NCBI RefSeq assembly: GCF_006345805.1
Contig: NW_021824842.1
Location: forward strand, 1 to 63,700
DNA length: 63,700 nt
Direction: 5' to 3'
DNA from: Octopus sinensis
Taxonomy: Eukaryota
The notes beneath the pieces were generated by a model that made no database searches, was not told where the DNA came from, and saw nothing but the letters and a program-made list of their open reading frames with translations. The translations under genes were made by a program, and so were the position numbers. The stretch's first letter is position 1. Each line of letters starts with the position of its first letter. This document shows positions 37,517-50,420 of the stretch, piece after piece.

Positions 37517-37624
37517 CGAGAGAGAGAGAGAGAAAGATTGAACAAGAGAGAGTAATGAATATCTAAACGCATACACACACACACACAAAAGTATAATTTG
37601 TAGTGTACAGATGTGTGTGTGTGT

Positions 37625-38175
37625 GGTGTGTACGCGCCTTATCATGTGTAAGTGTTATTATTTGTGAGTCTGTACGCATGCATGAATGTGTGTGTGTGTG
37701 TGTGTGTGTGGTGTGTACGCGCCTTATCATGTGTAAGTGTTATTATTTGTGAGTCTGTACGCATGCATGAATGTTTGTGGTGTGTGTGTGTGTGTGTGTA
37801 CGCGCCTTATCATGTGTAAGTGTTACTATTTGATGAGTCTGTACGCATGCTGAATGTATGTGTGTGTGTGTGTTGTTGGTGTGTTACGCGCCTTATCATG
37901 TGTAAGTGTTATTATTTGTGAGCCTGTACGCATGCATGAATGTGTGTGTGTGTGTGTGTGGTGTGTACACGCGCCTTATCATGTGGAAGTGTTTATTCTT
38001 TGTGGTCTGTACGCATGCATGAATGTGTGTGTGTGTGTGTGTGTGTACGCGCCTTATCATGTGTAGTGTTATATTTGTGAGTGTACGCATGGCATGAGTG
38101 GTGGTGTGTGTGTGTGTGTGTACGGCCTTAATAATGTGTAAGTGTTATTATTTGTGAGTCTGTACGCATGCATGA

Positions 38176-38208
<33 letters not shown>

Positions 38209-38260
38209 CGCCTTATCATGTGTAAGTGTTATTATTTGTGAGTCTGTACGCATGCATGAA

Positions 38261-38290
<30 letters not shown>
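37625..38290. repeat. Minisatellite, 8 units of about 80-85 bp, each containing a variable (TG)n
   Basis: TACGCGCCTTATCATGTGTAAGTGTTATTATTTGTGAGTCTGTACGCATGCATGAATG recurs at about 37630, 37715, 37799, 37885, 37966, 38046, 38121, 38205. Confidence 0.9.
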
Positions 38291-38292
<2 letters not shown>

Positions 38293-39052
38293 ATGCACCA
38301 GAAAAGTGTTTGACACTTCCTCTTCAAGGGAATGTTTGGAGCTGCACCTGTTCACTCCAAACTGGAGAGAGGGTGAAACATTCACACAGCACGAGTGGGT
38401 GTATATATATTATATATGGGTGTGGGGGGGAATTAGTGTGTATAAATTCAGATATGTGTGTGTATATGCAAGTAAATCTTGGTATACAGACCTGTGTATG
38501 CATATACCCACATAACATAGATATCTCCTTGTGTGTGTGTATGGTTAAAAATATACATATGTATCTATATGTGTGTATGTACACACACACACACACACAC
38601 CAAATATACCATTATCATCATCTGTATTTAGCCCCTTTGTTACTAACCGTTAAAAGTGGTGCCCCAGCATGGCCACAGTCAAATGACTGAATGAAGTAAA
38701 ACAATAAAAGAATGCTATCATCTTTTCCCCCTTCCCTGTCTGTCTCTCCTTTTCTCTTTCTCTCTCTCTCTCCTCTCTCCTTTTCTCTTTCTTTCTGTCT
38801 CTCTCTCTCTCCTCTCTCCTTTTCTCCCTCACTCTCTTTCTCTGTCTCTTTATATCTCTCTCTGTCTCTCTCTCCTTTTCTCTTCCTCTCTCTCTCTTTA
38901 TGTCTGTCTCTCCCTCTGTCTCTCTCCTTTTCTCTTTCTCTCTCTCTGTCTCTCTCTCTTTGTCTCTCTTTCTCTGTCTCTCTCCTTTTCTCTCTCTCTC
39001 TCTCTGTCTCTGTCCTTTTCTCTTTCTCTGTCTGTCTGTCTCTGTCTCCCTC

Positions 39053-39102
<50 letters not shown>

Positions 39103-39849
39103 CACTTTACCAGAATCTTTAGCATGTCAGCCAAAGTGCTCAACAACATTCCTCCAAGCTCTTTTGTATTCTGTGCTCAAATCCCAGTGGGATCATCTTT
39201 GCTCTTCATGCCTCCAGGGTAGATAAACCAAAATACCAGTCATGTACTGGGATCTGTATTACTAACTCCCTCCTTCCTTCCTTCCTAAAATTGCTGGCCT
39301 TGTGCCAAAATTCGAAACAAATGTTGTTGTTGCTGTTATCACTGCCAGGGTCAACTTTGCCTTTCCTCCTTTCAGGGTTGATAAAATAAGTACCAGTTGA
39401 ATACTAGGGTCAATGTACCCGACTACCCCACCACTCCCACCACATTTCAGGCTTTGTGCTTGTAGAAGAAAGGGTTATTATTATCGTTATTATTCCTTAA
39501 GGCAGCAAACTGGTAGAACCTTTAATGCACTGGGCATCGTGTATCTTGGATCATCTTAACCAATGTCCTTTTAAGATACTCTTTTACTTGTTTCAGTCAT
39601 TTGACTGTGGCCATGCTGAAGCACCACCTTTAGTTGAGCAAATCGACCCCGGGACTTATTCTTTGTAAGCCTAGTACTTATTCTATCGGCCTCTTTTGCC
39701 GAATCACTAAGTTACGGGGACGTAAACGCACCAGCATCGGTTGTCAAGCAATGCTAGGGGGACAAACACAGACACACAAACATATACACACACACATACA
39801 TACATACATACATACATTCAAAATGTGACCTCGTATGTACCGTTGGCGA

Positions 39850-40023
39850 TTTTTTTTCCTCTGTCTTCCCTTCTCTGGATCTTTCCTATGTTTCCGATGA
39901 AGAGCTCCGCTCGAAATGTTAAACCTTCCCTCTTTCCTTCTTTCCTGAGCGTCCAATAATACTATATTTGTTCCACGTCCTCGCGTTGTTGTTTTTTTTG
40001 TGCTTTCTTGTTTGGATTAACTT

Positions 40024-40056
<33 letters not shown>

Positions 40057-40230
40057 CACACATGTATATATATATAGGGAGAGTTTACGAAAAAAACAAA
40101 AGACGAAGACAGGTGGTGTACAAAACAAACAGATGTATTAGTATAACGCTCAGGAATAGAAAAAGTATTTTACGTTTCGAGCCTATGCTCTTCTACAGAA
40201 AGGGACACAGAAAGAAACAAGGAGAGAAAC
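39850..40230. mobile_element. Two H2-related copies converging tail-to-tail on a (TA)n tract, each with a hammerhead-like motif
   Basis: Plus 39890-39924: GTTT CCGATGA A GAGC tcc GCTC GAAA TGTT AAAC. Minus 40168-40201: TTT CTGTAGA A GAGC atag GCTC GAAAC GTA AAA. Confidence 0.6.
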
Positions 40231-40855
40231 AAATATATATATATATATACACACACACACATAAACAATGGGCTTCTTTCAGTTTCCATCTACCAAATCT
40301 ACTCACAAGGCTTTGGTCGGCCCGAGGCTATGGTAGAAGACACTTGCCCAAGGTGCCACGCAGTGGGACTGAACCCGGAGCCATGTGGTTGGTAAGCAAG
40401 CTACTTACCACACAGCCACTCCTACGCCTAGATAGTAGATTATAAATCAAGACTTCTTTGACTGCCATTTCTAGCATGTTGTGCCACCACATAGCGGTTC
40501 CCTCATTGGTTATTAAGAGGAGTGTTGATGACAAATGCCTGCTAATTAACAGTTAATTGGTTCTAATTAACTAGAACTGATGGCATTGGTGTAAATGATT
40601 GTGTGGAGCACATTATTAGAGTTTAAGAATGACTTGATCTGCTAGAAATAGATGTCAAATCTTCCTCAAACCACACTATGTCATCTTAAAAAGGCAAGGA
40701 GTACAATGGACCAATGAGGGAGAATGTAATTGGAAGCTGTACCTGCTAGAAATGGCAGCTAAGCAGTACATTGTGGCATGTAAACGAAGGCTGGTTAGTT
40801 TTAGTTGAACGGATCGAGCCCAGGACTGTTATTTTTAAAGTCTAGTACTTATTCT

Positions 40856-42005
40856 TATTTCTTTATTACCCACAAGGGGCTACAAACAGAGGGGACAAAC
40901 AAGGATAGACAAACGGATTAAGTCGATTATATCGACCCCAGTGCGTAACTGGTACTTAATTTATCGACCCCGAAAGGATGAAAGGCAAAGTCGACCTCGG
41001 CGGAATTTGAACTCAGAACGTAACGGCAGACGAAATACCCATTTCTTTACTACCCACAAGGGGCTAAACATAGAGTGGACAAACAAGGATAGACAAACGG
41101 ATTAAGTCGATTATATCGACCCCAGTGCGTAACTGGTACTTAATTTATCGACCCCGAAAGGATGAAAGGCAAAGTCGACCTCGGCGGAATTTGAACTCAG
41201 AACGTAACGGCAGACGAAATACCCATTTCTTTACTACCCACAAGGGGCTAAACATAGAGTGGACAAACAAGGATAGACAAACGGATTAAGTCGATTATAT
41301 CAACCCCAGTGCGTAACTGGTACTTAATTTATCGACCCCGAAAGGATGAAAGGCAAAGTCGACCTCGGCGGAATTTGAACTCAGAACGTAACGGCAGACG
41401 AAATACCCATTTCTTTACTACCCACAAGGGGCTAAACATAGAGTGGACAAACAAGGATAGACAAACGGATTAAGTCGATTATATCGACCCCAGTGCGTAA
41501 CTGGTACTTAATTATCGACCCCGAAAGGATGAAAGGCAAGTCGACCTCGGCGGAATTTGAACTCAGAACGTAACGGCAGACGAAATACCCATTTCTTTAC
41601 TACCCACAAGGGGCTAAACATAGAGTGGACAAACAAGGATAGACAAACGGATTAAGTCGATTATATAAAACCCCAGTGCGAACTGGTACTTAATTATCGA
41701 CCCCGAAGGATGAAAGGCAAAGTCGACTCGGCGGAATTTGAACTCAGAACGTAACGGCAGACGAAATACCCAATTTCTTTACTACCCACAAGGGGCTAAA
41801 CATAGAGTGGACAAACAAGGATAGACAAACGGATTAGTCGATATATCAACCCCAGTGCGTAACTGGTACTTAATTTATCGACCCTGAAAGGATGAAAGGC
41901 AAAGTCGACCTCGGCGGAATTTGAACTCAGAATGTAGCAGCAGATGAAATACGGCTAAGCATTTCGCCCAGAGTGCTAACATTTCTGCCAGCTCACCACC
42001 TTTTT
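40856..42005 (-). mobile_element. SINE family C: one head plus six tandem 182-184-bp core units, flanked by a 17-bp TSD
   Basis: Units begin at about 40867, 41051, 41235, 41419, 41601, 41783; head at about 41930-42000; AGTCTAGTACTTATTCT at 40839-40855 and 42006-42022. Confidence 0.92.
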
Positions 42006-42161
42006 AGTCTAGTACTTATTCTGTCGGTATCCTTTTGCTGAACCTCTAAGTCATGGGGCTATAAACAAACCAATACCAGTTGTTAAGCAGTGGTGGGGAA
42101 ACAAACATAGACACAAACAGACAAGTCGGGCTTCCACACAGTTTCCATCCACCAAATTCAT

Positions 42162-42410
42162 ATTTTTTTTTTCTTTAAATCATTCACTCATTACAAGGTC
42201 GTTAGACCACTGAAAACGTAAGAGCTACTAGAATAAAATGGACGCTAGACAGAAGTCAAAAGGTGGACGATGTACATTAGACTTAAAAGACTATAAGTCA
42301 TATTGGAAAGGAAAACAAGACTATGGACGGGATTCCCAAAGTTCAGAGGTTCGAGGGAAGAAACTGGTAGTGTAAAGTGCTTTAGGATACGTAGGAGTAC
42401 ATTATTTACA
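42162..42410 (-). mobile_element. 5'-truncated L2/Jockey/Crack-group LINE 3' end with poly(A)
   Basis: Minus translation ALYTTSFFPRTSELWES.P..CFP.QYDL.SFKSNVH with stops, then a short UTR and an A-rich tail at 42162-42172. Confidence 0.65.
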
Positions 42411-42530
42411 TTATTTACATTTGGCGGATATTTGTCCTCATCTTGTTTGTTGTTAACACAGTGTTTCGGCTGATATAACCTCCAGCCTTCATCAGGTGTC
42501 TTGGGGAAATTTCGGACCTGGGTTCTCATT
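42410..42530 (-). mobile_element. Family H1 copy; hammerhead-like motif at 42456-42499 with broken cleavage triplet
   Basis: ACAC CTGATGA A GGCTG gaggttatat CAGCC GAAAC ACT GTGT. Confidence 0.65.
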
Positions 42531-42793
42531 GTTCTCTGATGTTTAAATGCTAAAATGTTAATCTCTTAACCTGCAAAAACTTTTGAAAACAAGACACTTG
42601 TGCTACAGGGCCAAAGGGAGATTCAGATGGGTTGGTATCAAAAGGATTAAATGCTACTCAACCTGCGCAAAGACCCCTCCTTCATTACTTCTCTATTTCC
42701 CAGCTGAGGGCTGTTTGTCTTGCAATTTACTTGGTGCCACACACAAAGCACCAATGCCAATGCCACACACAGAGCACCCAGTGCACTCTTTAA

Positions 42794-43438
42794 CCCTTTT
42801 GTTACCATATTTCTGTTGAGATGCTCTGTGTTTCTTTCAATTTATTCTAAATATAACAAAGAATTTAGTAAAACAACTTCGTTATCATTAAACTAGTGTT
42901 AGGAACATAAATTGCGACTAAGGTTTGGTGGAAGATTTTAATTCAAAACTTATGAAAACAAGACATTTGTACTACAGAGCCAGAGGTGGTTTCAGCCGGG
43001 TTGGTATCGAAATGGTTAAATTAATCATTTGTTAACCCTTTTGTTACCATATTCCTGTTGAGATGCTCCGTGTTTCTTTCAAAAAGAATTTAGTAAAATA
43101 ACTTAGTTATTATTAAGCTAGTGTTAGGAACATAAATTGTGACTAAGATTTTAATTCAAAACTTTTGAAAACAAGACATTTGTACTCAGAGCCAGATTGG
43201 TATCAAAAGGGTAAAATTAATAATTTGTTAACCCTTTTGTTACCATATTTCTGTTCAGATGTTCTGTGTTTATTTCAATTAATTTTGAATATAACAAAGA
43301 ATTTAGTAAAATAAATTCGTTATCATTCAGCTAGTGTTAGGAACATAAATTGTGACTAAGGTTTGGTGGAACTTTTTGCAAACAAGACATTTGTACTCAG
43401 AACCAGAACTGGTTTCAGCCGGGTTAGTATCAAAAGGG
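42794..43438. mobile_element. Three tandem piggyBac-type (TTAA/CCC...GGG) MITEs of about 180-220 bp
   Basis: Copies 42794-43015, 43036-43211 and 43232-43438 start TTAA-CCCTTTTGTTACC and end GGTATC(G/A)AAA(A/T)GG-TT(A/G)A; 12-bp spacers ATTAAT(C/A)ATTTG. Confidence 0.8.
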
Positions 43439-43912
43439 TTGATTGTAGTTTGATCTGAAGGTTTTCAAGAATAAGAACCACAACAGCTAACCATCTGAGA
43501 ATATGTCGGACTTGGGACTCGGGAGTGGAGTAAGTGTTTGTATGATCTCAATGTGTGGTGCACGAGAAACCTGTTAATTGGTTAATTATTAGAAGGATTA
43601 ATTGGTAGTTAAATTAATAAGTAGCAGAATTATTAAGAGTAAAATTAATTAGTCGGAGGATTAATTGTTAATTAAATTCATGAGTTTCAGGCTTTTTGTG
43701 GTTTAGTTGAGAATTTGACTGTCGTTATTTTGTTGTCCCATGGTTTGAACCCTGTTGTTAACCCTGTCTGACCTCTGTTCAAAGATCTTCCTATTATTAT
43801 CATCTTGTCTTTTTTGTATAATCAGATTCCATTATCCAATGTATTCTTCCCTGTCAACAGAGATTTGGTTGCTATTTCTAGCAGGTTGAATGACTATATA
43901 GGGCAGTAGTTA

Positions 43913-44240
43913 CTCTTTTACTTGTTTCAGTCATTTGACTGCGGCCATGCTGGAGCACCACCTTTAGTCGAGCAAATCGACCCCGGGACTTATTCTTTTG
44001 TAAGCCCAGTACTTATTCTATCGGTCTCTTTTTGCCGAACCGCTAAGTGACGGGGACGTAAACACACCAGCATTGGTTGTCAAGCAATGCTAGGGGGACA
44101 AACACAGACACACAAACACTCACACATGCACATATAAATATATATATATACATATATACAACGGGCTTCTTTCAGTTTCCGTCTACCAAATCCACTCACA
44201 AGGCATTGGTCGGCCCAGGGCTATAGCAGAAGACACTTCC
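43913..44240 (-). mobile_element. SINE family A, 5'-truncated
   Basis: Reverse complement of the family A tail and body. Confidence 0.85.
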
Positions 44241-45871
44241 AATCTTTTCAATAGCAAGCAGCCCTTTTTATTTAAATGAATTTTCTCCACGTATCCCAGG
44301 ATTTTGAAAAAAAAGTGTTTGTGTAGTTAATAAACTGTGGTTGTAGGGTTAAGAAGTTCGCTTCCCAACCACATGGTTCTGGGTTCAGTCCTACTGCATG
44401 GCACCTTGGGTGAGTGTCTTCCACTATAGCCTCAGGCTGACCGAAGCTTTGTGAGTGGATTTGGTCAGTGGAAACTGAAAGAAGCCTGTCTGTCTATATA
44501 TTCTGTTATAAAAACTGCACTACTTTCTGACTTGCCCCTTTGTCTGTCTATCTGTAGCTATATGATAGATATTTATCTGTAGCTATCTGTCCATCTGTCT
44601 GTCTGCCTGTCCGTCTGTCTGTCTATCTGTCTATCTATCTATCTATCTATCTGTAGCTATCTATCTCTCTATTTGTCTATCTTCTATCTATCTATCTATC
44701 TATCTATCTGTAGCTATCTATCCATGTGTCTGTCTATCTATCTATATGTCCCTCTGTCTGTCTGTGTGTCTGTCTATCATCTATCCATCTACCTATCTAT
44801 AGCTATCTATCTCTTTGTCTATTTCTCTCACTCTCTTTCTCTCTATCTGTCTGTCTGTTTATCTGTAGCTATCTACAGGCTTCTTCCAGTTTCCATCTAG
44901 AAATTCCACTCACAAGGCTTGGAAACAGGTGAAGAATGGTAACAGGGAGGGCACCCAATGAACTCTGTCCGACCCACGACAGCATGGAAAAGTAGATGTC
45001 AAACCTATGATGGTGGTGATGATGACGATGATAATGATGTTGATAATGATGATGATGGTAATGATGATGATGACTATGACGGTGATGATGATGCTGACGA
45101 TGACTTATAATAACTGTAGCCCCATAAAAAGACATCTGACCTCAAGGAAGAACATAATTCTACCTTCCCCTCTACCTACCTACCTACCTACCTACCTATG
45201 TGCCTATCTTGCAATCTATGTACCTACCTCCCTATTTAGCTACCTGTGCATTCACCTACACAACTGTCTAATCACCCCATCTATGTGTGTATATCTACCT
45301 GCGTTACCAATCTGTTTACCTATCAACTCACATCCTGCCCACCTTATTTACCTGTCCTACCTATCTGTGTACCTTACCTGCAACTATTTACCTTTCCCCC
45401 TCCTACCTAAGTAAATAAATGATCCGAGTATGTTTAGGACCAATTTTACTGTCAACATCTCAGGTAACAGGATGCATAGGTACATAAGGTACATAGGTAG
45501 ATTGATAACGAGATAGATAGGTACAAAAAGAGACATACGTATTTACCTGTCTGTCTCTATGTATCCATCTGTTTATCTGTCTGTATATCTGGCTCTCTCT
45601 CTCACTCTCTGTTTATTTATCTATCTAATCTCTTTATCTGTCTGTCTGTCTATATATTTATCCATCTATCTCTCTGTATATCTGTGTATGTAATGTCTGT
45701 CTGTATGTATGTATCTCTCTCTCTCTCTCTATCTGCCTGTCTGTCTATCTATCCATCCATCCATCCTTACATCTATCTGTCTATCCGTCTGTCTGTCTGT
45801 CTACCTTTCTGTCTATCTATCCATCCATCAATCTATCTATCCATCCATCCATCTATCTATTTATCTGTCTG

Positions 45872-45910
<39 letters not shown>

Positions 45911-45974
45911 GTCTGTCTGTCTGTCTGTCTGTCTCTATCTATCTATCTATCTAAATATATCTATCTATATTATA

Positions 45975-46015
<41 letters not shown>

Positions 46016-46049
46016 TATATATATTATAATATATTATATATATATTATG

Positions 46050-46063
46050 TATGTATATGTATG

Positions 46064-46095
<32 letters not shown>

Positions 46096-46522
46096 TACAC
46101 CTATCTATATATATGTATATATACCTATCTATTCGTTACCTACCTACTCCCTACCTACTTATCCTACCTCCCTCCTCCTCCTCACCCACCTCCCCCCTCC
46201 CTACCTGTGATGTTGACAGTAAAATGGTCCTAAACAACTCCGGATCATTTCATGTCTTAATGCACTAATTAGAGGAAGGAGGATGGAGGAGGCTCCGTCC
46301 GTCCCGTCCCGTCCCCGATCCGCAGTCGTTGTTGTTGTTGCTGCTGCTGCAGTCGTTGTTGTTGTTGCTGCTGCCTGTTGTTGTGTTGTTGTTGTATTGT
46401 TCTGTTCCAAAGAATATTACTTAACACATATACAAACACACAACGCAAATACATACATACACACATACACATATACATATTATATATATATATAAACACA
46501 TATGCATGTAGACACACAGGTA

Positions 46523-46582
<60 letters not shown>

Positions 46583-46617
46583 TATATATATATATATATA
46601 TGTATATGTTATGTATG

Positions 46618-46649
<32 letters not shown>

Positions 46650-47022
46650 TACACCTATCTATATATATGTATATATACCTCTCTATCTCGTTACCTACCT
46701 ACCTCCCTACCTACTTATCTACCTCCCTCCCTCCTCCCTCCTCCCCACCTCCCCCCTCCCTACCTGTGATGTTGACAGTAAAATTGGTCCTAAACACACT
46801 CCGGATCATTTCACTGTCTAATGCACTAATTAGAGGAAGGAGGATGGAGGAGGCTCCGTCCGTCCCGTCCCGTCCCCGATCCGCAGTCGTTGTTGTTGTT
46901 GCTGCTGCTGCAGTCGTTGTTGTTGTTGCTGCTGCTGTTGTTGTTGTTGTTGTTGTATTGTTCTGTTCAAAGAATATTACTTAACACATATACAACACAC
47001 AACCGCACATACATACATACAC

Positions 47023-47053
<31 letters not shown>

Positions 47054-47160
47054 CTAGAAACACTATGCATGTAGACACACAGGTATATTATATATATATA
47101 TATATAATATTATATATATATATATATATACATGTATGTATATATATATTATATATATAC
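46050..47160. repeat. About 559-bp tandem duplication (2 copies) containing microsatellites of unequal length
   Basis: CTACCTGTGATGTTGACAGTAAAA...GGAGGCTCCGTCCGTCCCGTCCCG...CAAAGAATATTACTTAAC at 46201-46425 and 46760-46985. Confidence 0.9.
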
Positions 47161-47694
47161 ATTATTCATTGTATTTATGTATGCATATAGGTATATATAC
47201 ACATTTATATACACCTTCACTGGCAAAGAATGAATGAAATTTTGTGAAATAAAGGCTGTGATTGGTGAGAAATGTACAGATGTTATATTCACCTTTGGTG
47301 ATGGTGGTGGTGGTGGTTGTGGTTGTGGCAGTGGTGGTGGTGGATGTGGTGGTGGTGCTGGTGAAAGTGATGGCAGGGGTAGCAGCGGTGGTGGTCATGC
47401 TGGTGTTGGTGGCAGTGGTGACGGCAGCGGTGGTGGTGGTGGTGGTGGTAGTGGTGGTGGAAGTGGTGATAGTGGAGGTGGTGCTGGTAGTAGTGATGGT
47501 AGTGGTGGTGTTGGTGATAGTGATGGCAGCGGTGGTGGTCATGGTGGTGTTGTTGGCAGTGGTAACGGCAGCGGTGGTGGTGGTAGTGATGGGAGTGGTG
47601 GTGGTTGTGGTGTAAATGGTGATTTGCAATAGTATTGTGTGGTATTGGTGGTAGTATTAGTGGTGGTTGTGGTGGTGGTGGTAGTGGTTGTTGT

Positions 47695-47985
47695 CGTAGT
47701 TTCAGTCTCTTTTGCCGAACCGCTAAGTGACGGGAACGTAAACACACCAGCATCGGTTGTCAAGCAATGCTAGGGGGACACACACACACACAACCATACA
47801 CACACATACATATATATATACATATATAAGACAGGCTTCTTTCAGTTTCCTTCTACCAAATCCACTCACAAGGCTTTGGTCGGCCCGGGGCTATAGTGGA
47901 AGACACTTGCCCAAGGTGCACAGCAGTGGGACTGAACCCGGAACCATGTGATTGGTAAGCAAGCTACTTACCACACAGCCACTCC
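47695..47985 (-). mobile_element. SINE family A copy
   Basis: Head ends CCACACAGCCACTCCT at about 47970-47985. Confidence 0.85.
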
Positions 47986-48479
47986 TGGCTATCATTTCTA
48001 GCAAGCCTATTGCTCCAACAGACACACCTTTTCATTGTAATACTTATAGTGGCCTTCAATTTATCAAGACAATAGCTACTATTTCCAGCATGCTATATAC
48101 TCAGCATTCACTGTTATTCTTATTTAACCCAAGGCCAATCCTCTTTGAGCAGGTTTGTGATCAAAGTTATTCCAGCCGTGACTATCACTCCCATAGGTCT
48201 ACATTTCTGCCATGTGGCCTTCAATTTTTAAGATAGTAGCTGCTATTTCTAGCAAGTCTATTGACTATGTAGACATACCTTTCATTGTTGTTATTTAGCC
48301 CCGGGTCAACTATGATGGAGTTGGTCTGTAATCAAAGCCATTCTAGTCATGCCCATCCCTATGCTCAGGGAATTTATTATGCAACACGTCTTTCTCTGAG
48401 AGTGTAGGGTGTGATTTGGCTGCTATTTCTAGCCAGATTATTTGACAATGTAAAGGTCCTCTTGCTGGCTTGATTCAGT

Positions 48480-50420
48480 CTCTTGGCTCAAGGTGGTGGT
48501 GGTGGTGGTTGTGGTTGTAGTGTGGTGGTGGTGGTTGTGGTGACGATGGTGGTAGTTGTGGTAGTTGAGGTGGTAGCAGTTGTGACATGGTGGTTGTGGA
48601 AATGGTGGTGGTGGTGGTGGTGTTTGTAGTAGTTGAGGTGGTGGTGGTGGTGGTTGTGGTGTGGTGGTGACGATGGTGGTGGTTGTGGTAGTTGAGGTGG
48701 TAGTGGTTGTGGTGACGATGGTGGTGGTTGTGGTAGTTGAGGTGGTAGTGGTTGTGGAGATGGTGGTTGTGGTGACGATGATGGTGGTGTTTGTAGTAGT
48801 TGAGGTGGTGTTGGTTGTGGTGTGGTAGTTGTGGTGATGGTTGTGGTGGTGGTGGTTATGGTTGTAGATGTGGTAGTTGAGGTCATGGTGATTGTTGTGA
48901 TGGTGGTGGTGATGGTGGTTGTAGTGTGGTGGTGATGGTGGTGGTTGTGGTTGTAGATGTGGTAGTGAGGTCATGGTGATTGTTGTGATGGTGGTGGTAT
49001 GGTGGTTGTAGTGTGGTGGTGATGTGTGTGGTTGTGGTTGTAGATGTGGTAGTTGAGGTCATGGTGATTGTGATGGTGGTGGTGGTGGTGGTGGTGGTTG
49101 TAGTGTGGTGGTGATGGTGGTGGTTGTGGTTGTAGATGTGGTAGTTGAGGTCATGGTGATTGTTGTGATGGTGGTGGTGATGGTGGTTGTAGTGTGGTGG
49201 TGATGGTGGTGGTTGTGGTTGTAGATGTGGTAGTTGAGGTCATGGTGATTGTTGTGATGGTGGTGGTGATGGTGGTTGTAGTGTGGTGGTGATGGTGGTG
49301 GTTTTGTGGTTGTAGATGTGGTAGTGTTGAGGTCATGGTGATTGTTGTGATGTGGTGGTGATGGTGGTTGTAGTGTGGTGGTGATGGTGTGGGTGTGGTT
49401 GTAGATGTGGTAGTTGAGGTCATGGTGATTGTGGTGATGGTGGTGGTGATGGTGGTTGTAGTGTGGTGGTGATGGTGGTGGTTCTGGTTGTAGATGTGGT
49501 AGTTGAGGTCATGGTGATTGTTGTGATAGTGGTGGTGATGGTGGTTGTAGTGTGGTGGTGATGGTGGTGGTTGTGGTTGTAGATGTGGTAGTTGAGGTCA
49601 TGGTGATTGTTGTGATGGTGGTGGTGATGGTGGTTGTAGTGTGGTGGTGATGGTGGTGGTTGTGGTTGTAGATGTGGTAGTTGAGGTCATGGTGATTGTG
49701 GTGATGGTGGTGGTGATGGTGGTTGTAGTGTGGTGGTGATGGTGGTGGTTTTGGTTTGTAGATGTGGTAGTTGAGGTCATGTGATTGTTGTGATAGTGGT
49801 GGTATGGTGGTTGTAGTGTGGTGGTGATGGTGGTGGTTGTGGTTGTAGATGTGGTAGTTGAGGTCATGGTGATTGTTGTGATGGTGGTGGTGATGGTGGT
49901 TGTAGTGTGGTGGTGTGGTGGTGGTTGTGGTTGTAGATGTGGTAGTTGAGGTCATGGTGATGTGGTGATGGTGGTGGTGATGGTGTTGTAGTGTGGTGTG
50001 ATGGTGGTGGTTCTGGTTGTAGATGTGGTAGTTGAGGTCCTGGTGATTGTGGTGATGGTGGTGGTGATGTGGTTGTAGTGTGGTGGTGGTGATGGTGGTG
50101 GTTGTGGTTGTAGATGTGGTAGTTGAGGTCATGGTGATTGTTGTGATGGTGGTGGTGATGGTGGTTGTAGTGTGGTGGTGATGGTGGTGGTTGTGGTTGT
50201 AGATGTGGTAGTTGAGGTCATGGTGATTGTGGTGATGGTGGTGGTGATGGTGGTTGTAGTGTGGTGGTTGTGGTTGTAGATGTGGTAGTTGAGGTCATGG
50301 TGATTGTTGTGATGGTGGTGGTGATGGTGGTTGTAGTGTGGTGGTGATGGTGGTGGTTGTGGTTGTAGATGTGGTAGTTGTGGTGATGGTGGTTGTGGCG
50401 ATGATGGTGGTAGTGGTGGT
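48480..50420. repeat. GGT-rich minisatellite, unit about 75-85 bp (GTAGATGTGGTAGTTGAGGTCATGGTGATTGTTGTGATGG...)
   Basis: Direct reading; about 20 units. Confidence 0.9.
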
